Assembly: GCF_030538695.1 (NCBI RefSeq)
Contig: NZ_JAUNTN010000003.1
Coordinates: forward strand, 13,678 to 77,677
Source: Paracoccus sp. (in: a-proteobacteria)
Lineage (GTDB): Bacteria; Pseudomonadota; Alphaproteobacteria; Rhodobacterales; Rhodobacteraceae
Length of the DNA: 64,000 nucleotides
Direction of reading: 5' to 3'
Under the pieces are notes generated by a model. It ran no database searches, was not told the DNA's origin, and saw only the letters and a list, made by a program, of their open reading frames with translations. Shown here piece after piece: positions 48,045 to 56,996 of the stretch. Made by a program: the position numbers and the translations under genes. Every line of letters starts with the position of its first letter. Within the stretch, counting starts at the first letter, position 1.

Positions 48045-48875
48045 ATGATTTCAGGCTATACCAAGCTGATCCCGCATATCGGTGTGCCGACCGAAAGTTT
48101 CAAGGCACCAATGATCTATAACCCGTGGTTCGATGCGCGGGGCATTGATGCTGTGGTGGTCCCGATGGGGGTTGAGCCTGACGATTTCGCAACCTTCCTG
48201 CCTGCTGCCGCAAGGATGCGCAATTTTGGCGGGGCGCTGATCACCATGCCCTATAAAGTGCCGGTGGTCGGGCTGCTGGATGAGGTCAGCGTGACCGTGC
48301 AGATCTGCGGTTCTTGCAATGCCGTGCGGCGCGACCCCGACGGGCGGCTGATCGGTGATATGTTCGACGGCGAAGGCTTCGTGCGCGGCGTCTTGCGCAA
48401 GGGCCGGGCGGTGGCCGGGGCCTCGGCGCTGGTGGTTGGTGCGGGCGGCGTCGGTTCGGCCATTGCGGCCTCGCTGGCTAAGGCCGGGGCGGCGCGGATC
48501 GGGCTTTACGACCTGAACATCGCTGCGACCGAGGCATTGGCGGGCCGTATCCGTGCCGCCTATCCGATTGCGGTCCAGACGGGCAGCAACGATCCCGCAG
48601 GTTGGGACATCGTGGTGAACGCCACCCCGATGGGCATGGCCGAGGGCGACCCGATGCCGATGGATACCACCCGCATTGCCCCGGAAACTTTTGTCGGTGA
48701 AGTGGTGATGAAGCGCGAGGAAACCGCCTTCCTCGCCGCGGCCCGCGCCCGCGGCTGTCAGGTCCAGATCGGCACCGATATGCTGTTCGAACAGATCCCC
48801 GCCTATCTGGAGTTCTTTGGCTTTCCCGCGACCACCGCCGATGAATTGCGCGGGCTGGCGCAGATCCGGTATTAA
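48045..48875 (+). CDS. shikimate/quinate 5-dehydrogenase family protein
   Basis: 276 aa; AroE-family N-terminal substrate domain plus GAGGVGSAIA Rossmann motif. Confidence 0.7.
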   Translation: MISGYTKLIPHIGVPTESFKAPMIYNPWFDARGIDAVVVPMGVEPDDFATFLPAAARMRNFGGALITMPYKVPVVGLLDEVSVTVQICGSCNAVRRDPDGRLIGDMFDGEGFVRGVLRKGRAVAGASALVVGAGGVGSAIAASLAKAGAARIGLYDLNIAATEALAGRIRAAYPIAVQTGSNDPAGWDIVVNATPMGMAEGDPMPMDTTRIAPETFVGEVVMKREETAFLAAARARGCQVQIGTDMLFEQIPAYLEFFGFPATTADELRGLAQIRY

Positions 48876-48881
48876 ATGCCC

Positions 48882-48944
48882 GCATCCGGGGCATGGTGAT
48901 GCCGTGCCCCGGATGCTGCTCATGTTGCGGTTCTTATTGTTTGG
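48882..48944 (+). terminator. strong Rho-independent terminator of the tct-quinate operon
   Basis: 15-bp stem gcatccggggcatgg / ccgtgccccggatgc (one G-U pair), loop tgatg, then a U-rich tract tgctcatgttgcggttcttattgtttgg. Confidence 0.65.
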
Positions 48945-48961
48945 GCGCTGTGTTGCGCCGG

Positions 48962-49813
48962 GTCGTGGTTCTTGATGACCTGTCCACGGGACACCGCCAC
49001 AACATTCCTGAGGCCGCAGAGTTTGTCGAAGGCAGTATTCTGGATGCGCCGCTGGTCGATCAGTTGGTTGCGCGCAGCGATGGGGTTTTCCACCTTGCGG
49101 CGCTGGTGTCCGTTCAGGATTGCATTGCCGACTGGCAGGGTGGGCATCGGACCAATCTGGGTGCAACAATCTCAATCATGCAGGCGGCGGCCCGGCATGG
49201 CGGCAAGCCGGTCATCTATGCTTCATCGGCGGCAATTTATGGCGACCAGAATCAGCAGGTCTGCACCGAACAACTGGTGCCGTCTCCGATTTCGCCCTAT
49301 GGCGCGGACAAGCTGGGCTGTGAGCATCAGGCGCGGGCTTTTGCGGTCATTCACGGGTTGCCGAGTGTCGGTCTGCGGTTTTTTAACGTCTATGGACCCC
49401 GGCAAGACCCGCGCTCACCCTATGCCGGGGTGATTTCGAAGTTTTGCGACAATCTGCGCAAAGGCGTCGCGCATACGGTCTTTGGCGACGGGATGCAAAG
49501 CCGCGACTTTGTTTACGTTGGTGATATCGTGGCCGGACTGATCGCGGCACGGGACTTTGCCCTGCGCAGCGGCGGGGCCGAGGTTGCCAACCTTTGCACC
49601 GGCAAGGTCACGACCCTTCTGGACCTGATTGCGACGCTGGATACGGTGGCGGCTATGCCGGCATCCGCGGTCAATCACGCGGCGGCGCGACCCGGTGATA
49701 TTCGCTTTTCGATGGGCAGTCCGGCACATGCGGCAGATCTGATGAACTGGTCTGCCTCGGTCGGGCTGGAGCAAGGGCTGCGTGAATTCTGGCGCACAGT
49801 TTCCGATAACTGA
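48962..49813 (+). pseudogene. N-terminally truncated NAD-dependent epimerase/dehydratase (GalE-like; lacks the GxxGxxG NAD-binding motif)
   Basis: Homology begins at VVVLDDLSTGHRHNI (residue ~25 of GalE-like proteins); catalytic SSAAIYG and YGADK present; upstream 'coding' is just translation of the terminator hairpin. Confidence 0.55.
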
Positions 49814-49823
49814 GAAAGATCAT

Positions 49824-52025
49824 ATGTCTCTTGTAACCAGTAACCTGAATGGCCGCTTGTCCGAGATTGCGCTGGCGGCAATCCATCTTGCCGATGCACA
49901 ATTGACTGATGCCCGCATTTGGGCGCCGGATGCAACCGACCTTCAGCGGGATGCGCTGGTTGCGGCGGGGGCGGCAGAGGTTCTGACCGGCTGGATGCGC
50001 CCGGATGGTGCGATTGATATTGTTGTCGTGCTGAACGGCCTTCCCGCGGATACCCCGGCCGAGGCGTGCCTGTCGATGCTGGCCGATGCGGCGCCAAAGC
50101 GGCTGGTCGTGCAGCCAAATGAGGTTGGCAGGCTGGGCTATGGCAAATTGCCAGAGCGTGACAGCCGCGATGCCCTGTCGTTTCCCGAATGGCGCAGCCT
50201 GTGCGATGCGCTGCTTGGGCAGGCGGATGGCTGGTGGCTGGCGGCCCCGGCCGAAGGTGTGGCGCTTTTCCCCCGGCCGGATTTTGACAGTGTTCAGGTG
50301 GCTGGTCCCGTTCACGCCGCGATTTCGGGTGCTGCCACCGAGCCGCTGCGCCCTGCTTCGGCTGTTGCGTGGGTGGGCTTTTGGGGGCTGGCGCCTGCCG
50401 GTTCTGCTGCTGTGCGACTGGAACAAAGCATCGCACGCAGCACTGAAACGGCGATTGCGTCGCCCGCGACGCTGGCCGGTCGTCAGCGGCGCATGGCCAT
50501 TGTGATTGACCGGCCGGATTGGGCTTTTGCCAATATCATCAACAACATCGCGCCGCTGCTGGAGGGGCGTTATCAGGTCTCGCGGTTTTATGTGACCGAC
50601 TATGAGAAACCCGCCGATCTGATTGCCGAAGTCTTTTGCAAGAACAGTTTTGACAATGTGCATTTCATGTGGCGCGAGCTGTTCTTTTCGTCGCTGTTTA
50701 CGCCCATGCTGCGCCGCGTCCACGAGTTGTCGGGCCTGAAGGCCGAAGATCTGGCCGAGCGGATCGCAGCCCCGGCGATTTCGACCTCGGTTTATGACCA
50801 TCTGTTCCTGCGCCGGGAAGATGTCGCTTCGCGCCGGGGGGGATTTGCGGCGGTTGATGCTTATGCTGTTTCATCCGCGCGTTTGTATGACGAATATTCC
50901 GGGCTGAACCTGCCTGCGCCTGCCTCGGAAACGCCGGATGCGGTTTCGTTCGGGCGGTTTGAACGTGCGCGCATCGCGCAACAGGCGCGCGGAGAACAGC
51001 GCAAGTCGCTGGTTGTCGGCTGGGTTGGGAACTCGAACTGGGCCAAGGGCAATGCCAGCTTGCAGGAAGACCCCAAGGGCTTCCATTCCATCCTTGTCCC
51101 TGCGGTCGAGCGGTTGCAGGCCAAGGGATTGCCGATCAGCCTGCATGTTGCGGATCGCAATATCCGCCATCGTGATGCCGATGAAATGGTCGACTACTAC
51201 GGTGAAATTGATGTGCTGGTCTGTTCGTCCAGTCATGAGGGCACGCCCAATCCGGTGTTGGAGGCAATGGCTTCGGGTCTGCCGTTCGTCAGCACTGATG
51301 TTGGTTTGGTGCGCGAGGTGTCGGGGGAATCGCAGCATCAGTTCATCTTGTCTGAACGCAACGTGGATGCGATGGCTGACGCGCTGGAACGCTTGTTGGA
51401 AAGCCCCGAAACCCGTGACGAGTTGGCCTGTGAAAATCTGAAGCATATCGAAGAATGGTCATGGTATTCCAAGCTGCCGGACTGGTTGCGGCTGTTTTCG
51501 GCGGCTGAAAAGCGCCACGCCGAAGGTGGATCACATAGCCGCCTTGCGCTGGTGCAGGCGCTTCTGGCTGACAGTTCGGCCATCATTCCGCAAAAGGACG
51601 GGCGACTGGAGGCACTGACCAATCGTTGCGAAAAACTGACCGAGGCGAATGGTGCGCTTCGGGAGCGTCTGGATAAGCTGCGTGAGACGAATACCTGGCT
51701 GATGACAATTAAGGCCAAGTTCGATGAGTTGAAAGCGTCGGTTGCGGATCAGCCTGCCGTTGCGGCTGTTGCCCCAGCCGCTCCAGCCGATCCGCTGCCT
51801 GTTGTGACACAGCTTCCCGAAGCTGAGGTTGCCGCCCTGCACGATGAAATTAAACGCTTACATCATATGGATGAGGTGGCGCGGGCCGAGATCAGCCGGC
51901 TGCGCGACCTGTGCGATCGGCTGACTCATATGGATCAGGCTGCGCGGGTGGAATTGGATCATCGCGGGCAATTGTTATCCAACCGTATGGCCAGCTTGCG
52001 TCATGCGTTGACGGGAAAGCGTTAA
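49824..52025 (+). CDS. multidomain glycosyltransferase: unknown N-terminal domain (~220 aa) + GT4/GT-B domain + C-terminal coiled coil (~130 aa)
   Basis: ATG 49824 after a GAGAAAG SD; GT4 motifs (GWVGNSNWAKG, EX7E-like SHEGTPNPVLEAMASGLP); heptad-rich C-terminus (LRERLDKLRETNTWL..., IKRLHHMDEVARAEISRLRDLCDRL...). Confidence 0.65.
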   Translation: MSLVTSNLNGRLSEIALAAIHLADAQLTDARIWAPDATDLQRDALVAAGAAEVLTGWMRPDGAIDIVVVLNGLPADTPAEACLSMLADAAPKRLVVQPNEVGRLGYGKLPERDSRDALSFPEWRSLCDALLGQADGWWLAAPAEGVALFPRPDFDSVQVAGPVHAAISGAATEPLRPASAVAWVGFWGLAPAGSAAVRLEQSIARSTETAIASPATLAGRQRRMAIVIDRPDWAFANIINNIAPLLEGRYQVSRFYVTDYEKPADLIAEVFCKNSFDNVHFMWRELFFSSLFTPMLRRVHELSGLKAEDLAERIAAPAISTSVYDHLFLRREDVASRRGGFAAVDAYAVSSARLYDEYSGLNLPAPASETPDAVSFGRFERARIAQQARGEQRKSLVVGWVGNSNWAKGNASLQEDPKGFHSILVPAVERLQAKGLPISLHVADRNIRHRDADEMVDYYGEIDVLVCSSSHEGTPNPVLEAMASGLPFVSTDVGLVREVSGESQHQFILSERNVDAMADALERLLESPETRDELACENLKHIEEWSWYSKLPDWLRLFSAAEKRHAEGGSHSRLALVQALLADSSAIIPQKDGRLEALTNRCEKLTEANGALRERLDKLRETNTWLMTIKAKFDELKASVADQPAVAAVAPAAPADPLPVVTQLPEAEVAALHDEIKRLHHMDEVARAEISRLRDLCDRLTHMDQAARVELDHRGQLLSNRMASLRHALTGKR

Positions 52026-52028
52026 GCC

Positions 52029-52769
52029 ATGACCAAGACGATCATTTTCCTGATGCCTTGGGGGCGTGTTGGCAGCAATCTGGTCAACTCGATCATTCAG
52101 TCGTCACGCGCCATGCGGGTTTTCAACGAACCGCTGACGGGCATTATGACGCGGACCGTTCAGGCGGGTGGCAGTGGCGATGAAATCTGGAAAAACCAGC
52201 GCGAATGGCTGGAAACCGAGATGTTGCCCGGTCAGCGCGATACGTTTCTGAATCTGGCTGCGAATTGCATTGCCGAACCTGATACGTTCCGGGACATCAT
52301 GGCCCCGCTTGCGCCGACCTATCTTGTTCTGGACCGCAAGGATGATCTGGCGACGGCCATTTCAGCTCTGCGCACCGAAGCATGGGTCAGCGAAGGCCGC
52401 GAAAAGGGCGAACATCGAAGCTGGGCTATTCCAAAGGGACAGGCCGTCGATTTTCGCCCGGTGATCCCGGTCGGGCGGCTGCGTCAGGCGCTTACGATCA
52501 TTCGTCAGGGCCGCGATCACATTCAGCGCATCACGCAGCACAAGATCCCGGTCACATACTATTACGAAGATCTGGTCGAGGATATGGCCGGAACGCTGAC
52601 GGACATCCTGTATCGTTGTGGTATTCCAAGGTTCGATTTCGAGGTGCGCTCAGCAAAGTTCGGGGATGCTGATTTGTCGAAAATGGTCGGCAACGCTGCT
52701 GAGATTTTCGATGAGGTCCGCCGTGATAACATCAGAACTGCGTTGACTGTGGCCGGTCAACAGATGTGA
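52029..52769 (+). CDS. sulfotransferase-family (P-loop fold) protein, putative
   Basis: 246 aa; N-terminal IFLMPWGRVGSNLV resembles the 5'-PSB/P-loop motif of Stf0-type sulfotransferases; starts 4 bp after the GT stop. Confidence 0.4.
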   Translation: MTKTIIFLMPWGRVGSNLVNSIIQSSRAMRVFNEPLTGIMTRTVQAGGSGDEIWKNQREWLETEMLPGQRDTFLNLAANCIAEPDTFRDIMAPLAPTYLVLDRKDDLATAISALRTEAWVSEGREKGEHRSWAIPKGQAVDFRPVIPVGRLRQALTIIRQGRDHIQRITQHKIPVTYYYEDLVEDMAGTLTDILYRCGIPRFDFEVRSAKFGDADLSKMVGNAAEIFDEVRRDNIRTALTVAGQQM

Positions 52770-52858
52770 CCGCTGGCGCGGGTTGATCTGACATCTGCAT
52801 AACCATTAGCGGACAGGCGCCAATAGACAGGCACCACTCCCGCCTGTATCAATCACGC

Positions 52859-53692
52859 ATGAGCGCCAGCCAGCAGATCCCCGTTTTCAACCTGTTCGGA
52901 GAGACCTCTGCCTTTCCCGATGTGGTTCATGTCGAGCGGATTCACGACCGGGCGCATCTGCATGACTGGCAGATCTTTCCGCATCGGCATCGGGACATGG
53001 CGCAGTTGTTCCTGATTGAGCAAGGGCAGGCCGCCGCCTTGATTGATGGGCAGGACATCACGCTGGAACAACAGCAAATCCTGTATATTCCGCCGATGGT
53101 GGTGCATGGTTTCCGCTTTCGTCAGCATAGCGAAGGGCTGGTGATTTCGCTTCCGGCGCCGGTGCTGGCAGGGCTGTCCGTTCAGCCCGCCGAGATCACC
53201 CGCAGCTTTGTCACCGTGCTTGATCCGGGGCTGGAGGCGCTGACCGGGCAACTGGCCGCAGCCTTTCCCATGTCTGGCACTTATCGCACACAACTGTTGG
53301 TGCTGCTGGCGCAGGCTTTGCTGATTGCTCTGGCGGCAAAGGCGGGTGCCGCGCAGGATCAGGCACCGCAGCCCCGGCAGATGCAGCGGTTCCAGCAGCT
53401 TCTGGCCGATCCGCAGACGCTTGGCTGGCGGCCCGGCGATTTTGCCCGCGCCCTGTCGATCACGCCGGGCCATCTGAACCGGCTGTGCCATGACGCGCAT
53501 GGCATGACTGCTTCGCGCCAGATCGAGGCGCGGCTGATGACCGAAGCCTGCCGTCTGCTGGCCTTTACCCGCTTGCCGGTGGCGGAAATCGGCTGGCGGC
53601 TTGGGTTTGAAGACCCGGCGCATTTCTCGCGCCGGTTCCGGTTGCATCAGGGGCAGTCGCCAAGTGCCTATCGTGCGCCATTCACGTCATAG
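52859..53692 (+). CDS. pobR: AraC-family transcriptional regulator (PobR-like, cupin + HTH)
   Basis: N-terminal cupin sensor domain, C-terminal AraC HTH; pobA lies nearby. Confidence 0.7.
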   Translation: MSASQQIPVFNLFGETSAFPDVVHVERIHDRAHLHDWQIFPHRHRDMAQLFLIEQGQAAALIDGQDITLEQQQILYIPPMVVHGFRFRQHSEGLVISLPAPVLAGLSVQPAEITRSFVTVLDPGLEALTGQLAAAFPMSGTYRTQLLVLLAQALLIALAAKAGAAQDQAPQPRQMQRFQQLLADPQTLGWRPGDFARALSITPGHLNRLCHDAHGMTASRQIEARLMTEACRLLAFTRLPVAEIGWRLGFEDPAHFSRRFRLHQGQSPSAYRAPFTS

Positions 53693-55129
53693 CGGGAATG
53701 TGCCGGGCTGGGTCTCGGCGGTGATCCAGCGCAGATCGGTGAACTCGGCAATCCCGGCCCGCCCGCCAAAGCGGCCATAGCCGCTGTCCCCGACGCCGCC
53801 AAAGGGCATTTGCGCTTCGTCATGGACGGTCGCGCCGTTGATGTGACAGATGCCCGAACGGATTTGGCCCGCCACCACCAACCCGCGGGCAATGTCGCGG
53901 GTAAAGACCGCTGCCGACAGGCCGTAATCGCTGTCATTGGCCAGCCGCACGGCGTCGGCTTCGTCCTGTGCGCGGATGATGGCGACGACCGGGCCAAAGG
54001 ATTCCTCGGCATAAATGCGCATGTCGGGGGTGACGTGATCGACGACCTGCGCAGGCATAAGGACGCCTTCGGCCGCGCCTGCGCTGTGGATGGTCGCACC
54101 CTTGTCGCGGGCGTCGGCAATCAGCGCCGAAACCTTGTCCACCGTCACCGCATCGACCACCGCGCCCAGCGGGGCAGAGCCGTCGCGCGGGTCGCCCGCT
54201 TTCAGCGTGGCGGCGCGGGCGGTAAAGCGGGCGACGAATTCGTCTGCGATTTCGGGTGCCAGAATGATGCGCTCTGTGGACATGCAAATCTGACCCTGAT
54301 TAAAGAACGCGCCGAAAATCGCGGCTTTCACGGCCTCGTCCAGATCGGCGTCCTTCAGCACGATCAGTGGCGCTTTGCCACCCAACTCCAGCAGGGCCGG
54401 TTTCAGATTACGGGCGCAGCGCTCCGCGATGATCCGGCCCACCTTCGTCGAGCCGGTAAAGTTCACCCGCCGGATCGCGGGATGGTCGATCAGGGTGCCG
54501 ACGATTTCGGCGGCATCCTCGGGCGCGTTGGTCAGCAGGCTGACGACGCCGGACGGCAGGGCCTCGGCCAGCGCCTCGGCAATCAGGGCATGGGTGCGGG
54601 GACAGATTTCCGAGGCCTTGAACACCACCGCATTGCCGCAGGCCAAGGGCGTTGCCAGCGCGCGCACGCCAAGGATCACCGGCGCATTCCACGGCGCAAT
54701 TCCCAAGACCACCCCGACTGGCTGGCGCAGGGCCATCGACAGGCAGCCGGGCTTGTCGGATGGGATCACCTCGCCCGTGACTTGTGTGGTCAGGGCGGCG
54801 GCCTCGCGCAGCATGGATGCGGCAAGGTTGACGTTAAACCCGGCCCATGCGGCAGTTGCGCCGGTCTCCTCCATCATCGCTGCGGTAAAGGCATCGGCCC
54901 GTGCCGCCACCGCATCGGCGGCCTTCAGCAATGCAGCGCGTCGGGCGTTGGGGCCAAGCGCGGCCCATTCCGGTGCGGCTGCGGCTGCTGCATCGGCCGC
55001 AGCGATGGCATCGGCAGGGCTGGCGGCGGCGGCCTCGCTGGCGACAGCTCCGGTGATCGGGTTCATGCGCTGAAAGCTGTGGTTATCCGTCGCTGGGTGG
55101 GATGCGCCGCCATAGATCAGGTTAATCAT
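53687..55129 (-). CDS. NAD(P)+ aldehyde dehydrogenase
   Basis: ALDH superfamily motifs (ELGGKAP, catalytic Cys in FNQGQICMSTERIIL); start MINLIYGG after an AGGAGGA SD. Confidence 0.8.
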   Translation of the reverse strand: MINLIYGGASHPATDNHSFQRMNPITGAVASEAAAASPADAIAAADAAAAAAPEWAALGPNARRAALLKAADAVAARADAFTAAMMEETGATAAWAGFNVNLAASMLREAAALTTQVTGEVIPSDKPGCLSMALRQPVGVVLGIAPWNAPVILGVRALATPLACGNAVVFKASEICPRTHALIAEALAEALPSGVVSLLTNAPEDAAEIVGTLIDHPAIRRVNFTGSTKVGRIIAERCARNLKPALLELGGKAPLIVLKDADLDEAVKAAIFGAFFNQGQICMSTERIILAPEIADEFVARFTARAATLKAGDPRDGSAPLGAVVDAVTVDKVSALIADARDKGATIHSAGAAEGVLMPAQVVDHVTPDMRIYAEESFGPVVAIIRAQDEADAVRLANDSDYGLSAAVFTRDIARGLVVAGQIRSGICHINGATVHDEAQMPFGGVGDSGYGRFGGRAGIAEFTDLRWITAETQPGTFPL

Positions 55130-55276
55130 ATGCTCCTCCTGTTTCGGGCAGGCTGGCATGGGGGCATGGCAGGTGCAAGGGCTGTCAGGATGCACGATTT
55201 ATCCAAGAGATTGCCTGCTGCGTCCATTCGTCGCGGGTTCCGGTCGGGCTAGATTCTGGCTGAACAGGGGGGACAT

Positions 55277-56446
55277 ATGGATACACAAGTCGTCATTATC
55301 GGGGCGGGGCCGTCAGGGCTGCTGCTGTCACAATTGCTGAATCGCGCGGGGGTGGAAACCGTGCTGCTGGAGCGGTCCAGCCGCGATCATGTGCTGTCGC
55401 GCATCCGGGCAGGGATTCTGGAATGGGGCAGCGTCGAGATGCTGCGCGAAGCCGGGGTCGGCGCCCGGATGGATGCCGAGGGGTTCCCCCATGATGGCAC
55501 CTTCATCACCGATGGCGACCGCTCGATCCACATTGATTTCAAGGGTCTGACGGGCAAGCGCGTCATGGTTTATGGCCAGACCGAGGTCACGCAGGATCTT
55601 TACGCCGCGCAGGATGCGATGGGGACGACCATTATCCACGGGGTTGAGGATGTCAGCATCCATGACCTCGATGCGACACGGGCGCGGGTGGAATATACGC
55701 TGAACGGCGAACGCCGCAGCCTGACCTGCGCTTATGTTGCGGGTTGTGACGGGTTCCACGGTGTCAGTCGCAAAACCATCCCCGAGGCCAAGCGGCGCGA
55801 GTTCGAGAGGGTTTACCCCTTTGGCTGGCTTGGCATCCTGTCACGCACGCCGCCGGTCAGTGAAGAATTGATTTATGCAAGCTCGGACCATGGTTTCGCG
55901 CTGGCCTCGATGCGCAATGCGAACCTGTCGCGCTATTACGTTCAGGTGCCGCTGACCGATACGCCCGAGGATTGGTCCGATGACCGCTTCTGGACCGAGT
56001 TCAAGCGCCGCATCCCGTCAGACGCCGCCGCGCGGCTGGTCACGGGACCGTCGATCGAGAAATCCATCGCCCCCCTGCGCAGTTTCGTCAGCGAGCCGCT
56101 GCGCTGGGGCAGGATGTTCCTGGTCGGTGACGCCGCCCATATCGTGCCGCCGACCGGGGCCAAGGGGCTGAATCTGGCGGTGTCTGACGTGTTCTATCTG
56201 CATCAGGCGCTGATCGAGGCGCTGAAACAGGGCAGCGAAAAGGGTGTGGACAGCTATTCCGAACGTGCGCTGGCGCGGATCTGGAAGGCGATGCGCTTTA
56301 GCTGGCAGATGACCACCATGCTGCACCAGTTCGAGGGCGAGGACACATTCGCCGCCGCCATGCGCCGGGCCACGCTGACCCATCTGGCGGAATCTGAAAC
56401 CGCGCGTCGTGAACTGGCAGAGAACTATGTTGGCCTGCCGTTTTAG
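55277..56446 (+). CDS. pobA: 4-hydroxybenzoate 3-monooxygenase
   Basis: 389 aa; VVIIGAGPSGLLLSQLL FAD motif; PHBH family. Confidence 0.85.
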   Translation: MDTQVVIIGAGPSGLLLSQLLNRAGVETVLLERSSRDHVLSRIRAGILEWGSVEMLREAGVGARMDAEGFPHDGTFITDGDRSIHIDFKGLTGKRVMVYGQTEVTQDLYAAQDAMGTTIIHGVEDVSIHDLDATRARVEYTLNGERRSLTCAYVAGCDGFHGVSRKTIPEAKRREFERVYPFGWLGILSRTPPVSEELIYASSDHGFALASMRNANLSRYYVQVPLTDTPEDWSDDRFWTEFKRRIPSDAAARLVTGPSIEKSIAPLRSFVSEPLRWGRMFLVGDAAHIVPPTGAKGLNLAVSDVFYLHQALIEALKQGSEKGVDSYSERALARIWKAMRFSWQMTTMLHQFEGEDTFAAAMRRATLTHLAESETARRELAENYVGLPF

Positions 56447-56510
56447 GCTGTGATGAAGGGCGGGGGCGATGTCCCCGCCCGTTATGCCCCCGGCTGTTAT
56501 GTCCTGCGCG

Positions 56511-56945
56511 TTATGCCAGCGCGATGTTCAGCGGGAATGACCCCTTGACCAGCAGCGGGGCCACGCCGCCTTCGATATGGCCCAGCCGGATCAGGTCGCC
56601 GCGATAGCGATAGCTGCCGTGGAACATCGCCAGATTGCCCCAACCCCTGAAATAGCACAGGTCGCCGGGCTGTTCGTCATCGTAATCAACCAGCCCGCCC
56701 TCATCCAGCCGCCGTGGCAGGTGGGCGATTTTTTCATTCGTCGAGAAATCCTCGATCATCAGATCCAGTGGCAGAAGCGAAATCAGATCACGCGTGGTTG
56801 GGTTGTCATGCAGCCGCCAGGTGAAATCCTGATCCGCAAAACGGCAACGCAGACGCAGGGGCGTTGCCGAGGTCGCGCGGGCTGTCATCAGCGCGGCGGT
56901 TGCGCCCGCAAGGATCGCGCGGCGCGGGAAATGGGGCGTCTGCAT
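56511..56945 (-). CDS. Tat-exported cyclophilin-like fold protein
   Basis: Twin-arginine motif RRAILAGATAAL; ~145 aa cyclophilin-like family sequence. Confidence 0.5.
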   Translation of the reverse strand: MQTPHFPRRAILAGATAALMTARATSATPLRLRCRFADQDFTWRLHDNPTTRDLISLLPLDLMIEDFSTNEKIAHLPRRLDEGGLVDYDDEQPGDLCYFRGWGNLAMFHGSYRYRGDLIRLGHIEGGVAPLLVKGSFPLNIALA

Positions 56946-56996
56946 CGGCTGTCCTTTGGCTGTGGAAAGGGGCGACATCGCCGCCCCCGTTGGCTT

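Noticed and set aside
48893-48961. Apparent Cys-rich N-terminus (MVMPCPGCCSCCGSYCLG) of the epimerase ORF
   Set aside because: It is the terminator hairpin plus U-tract read in frame. Real epimerase homology begins about 23 codons later. The gene is treated as truncated.
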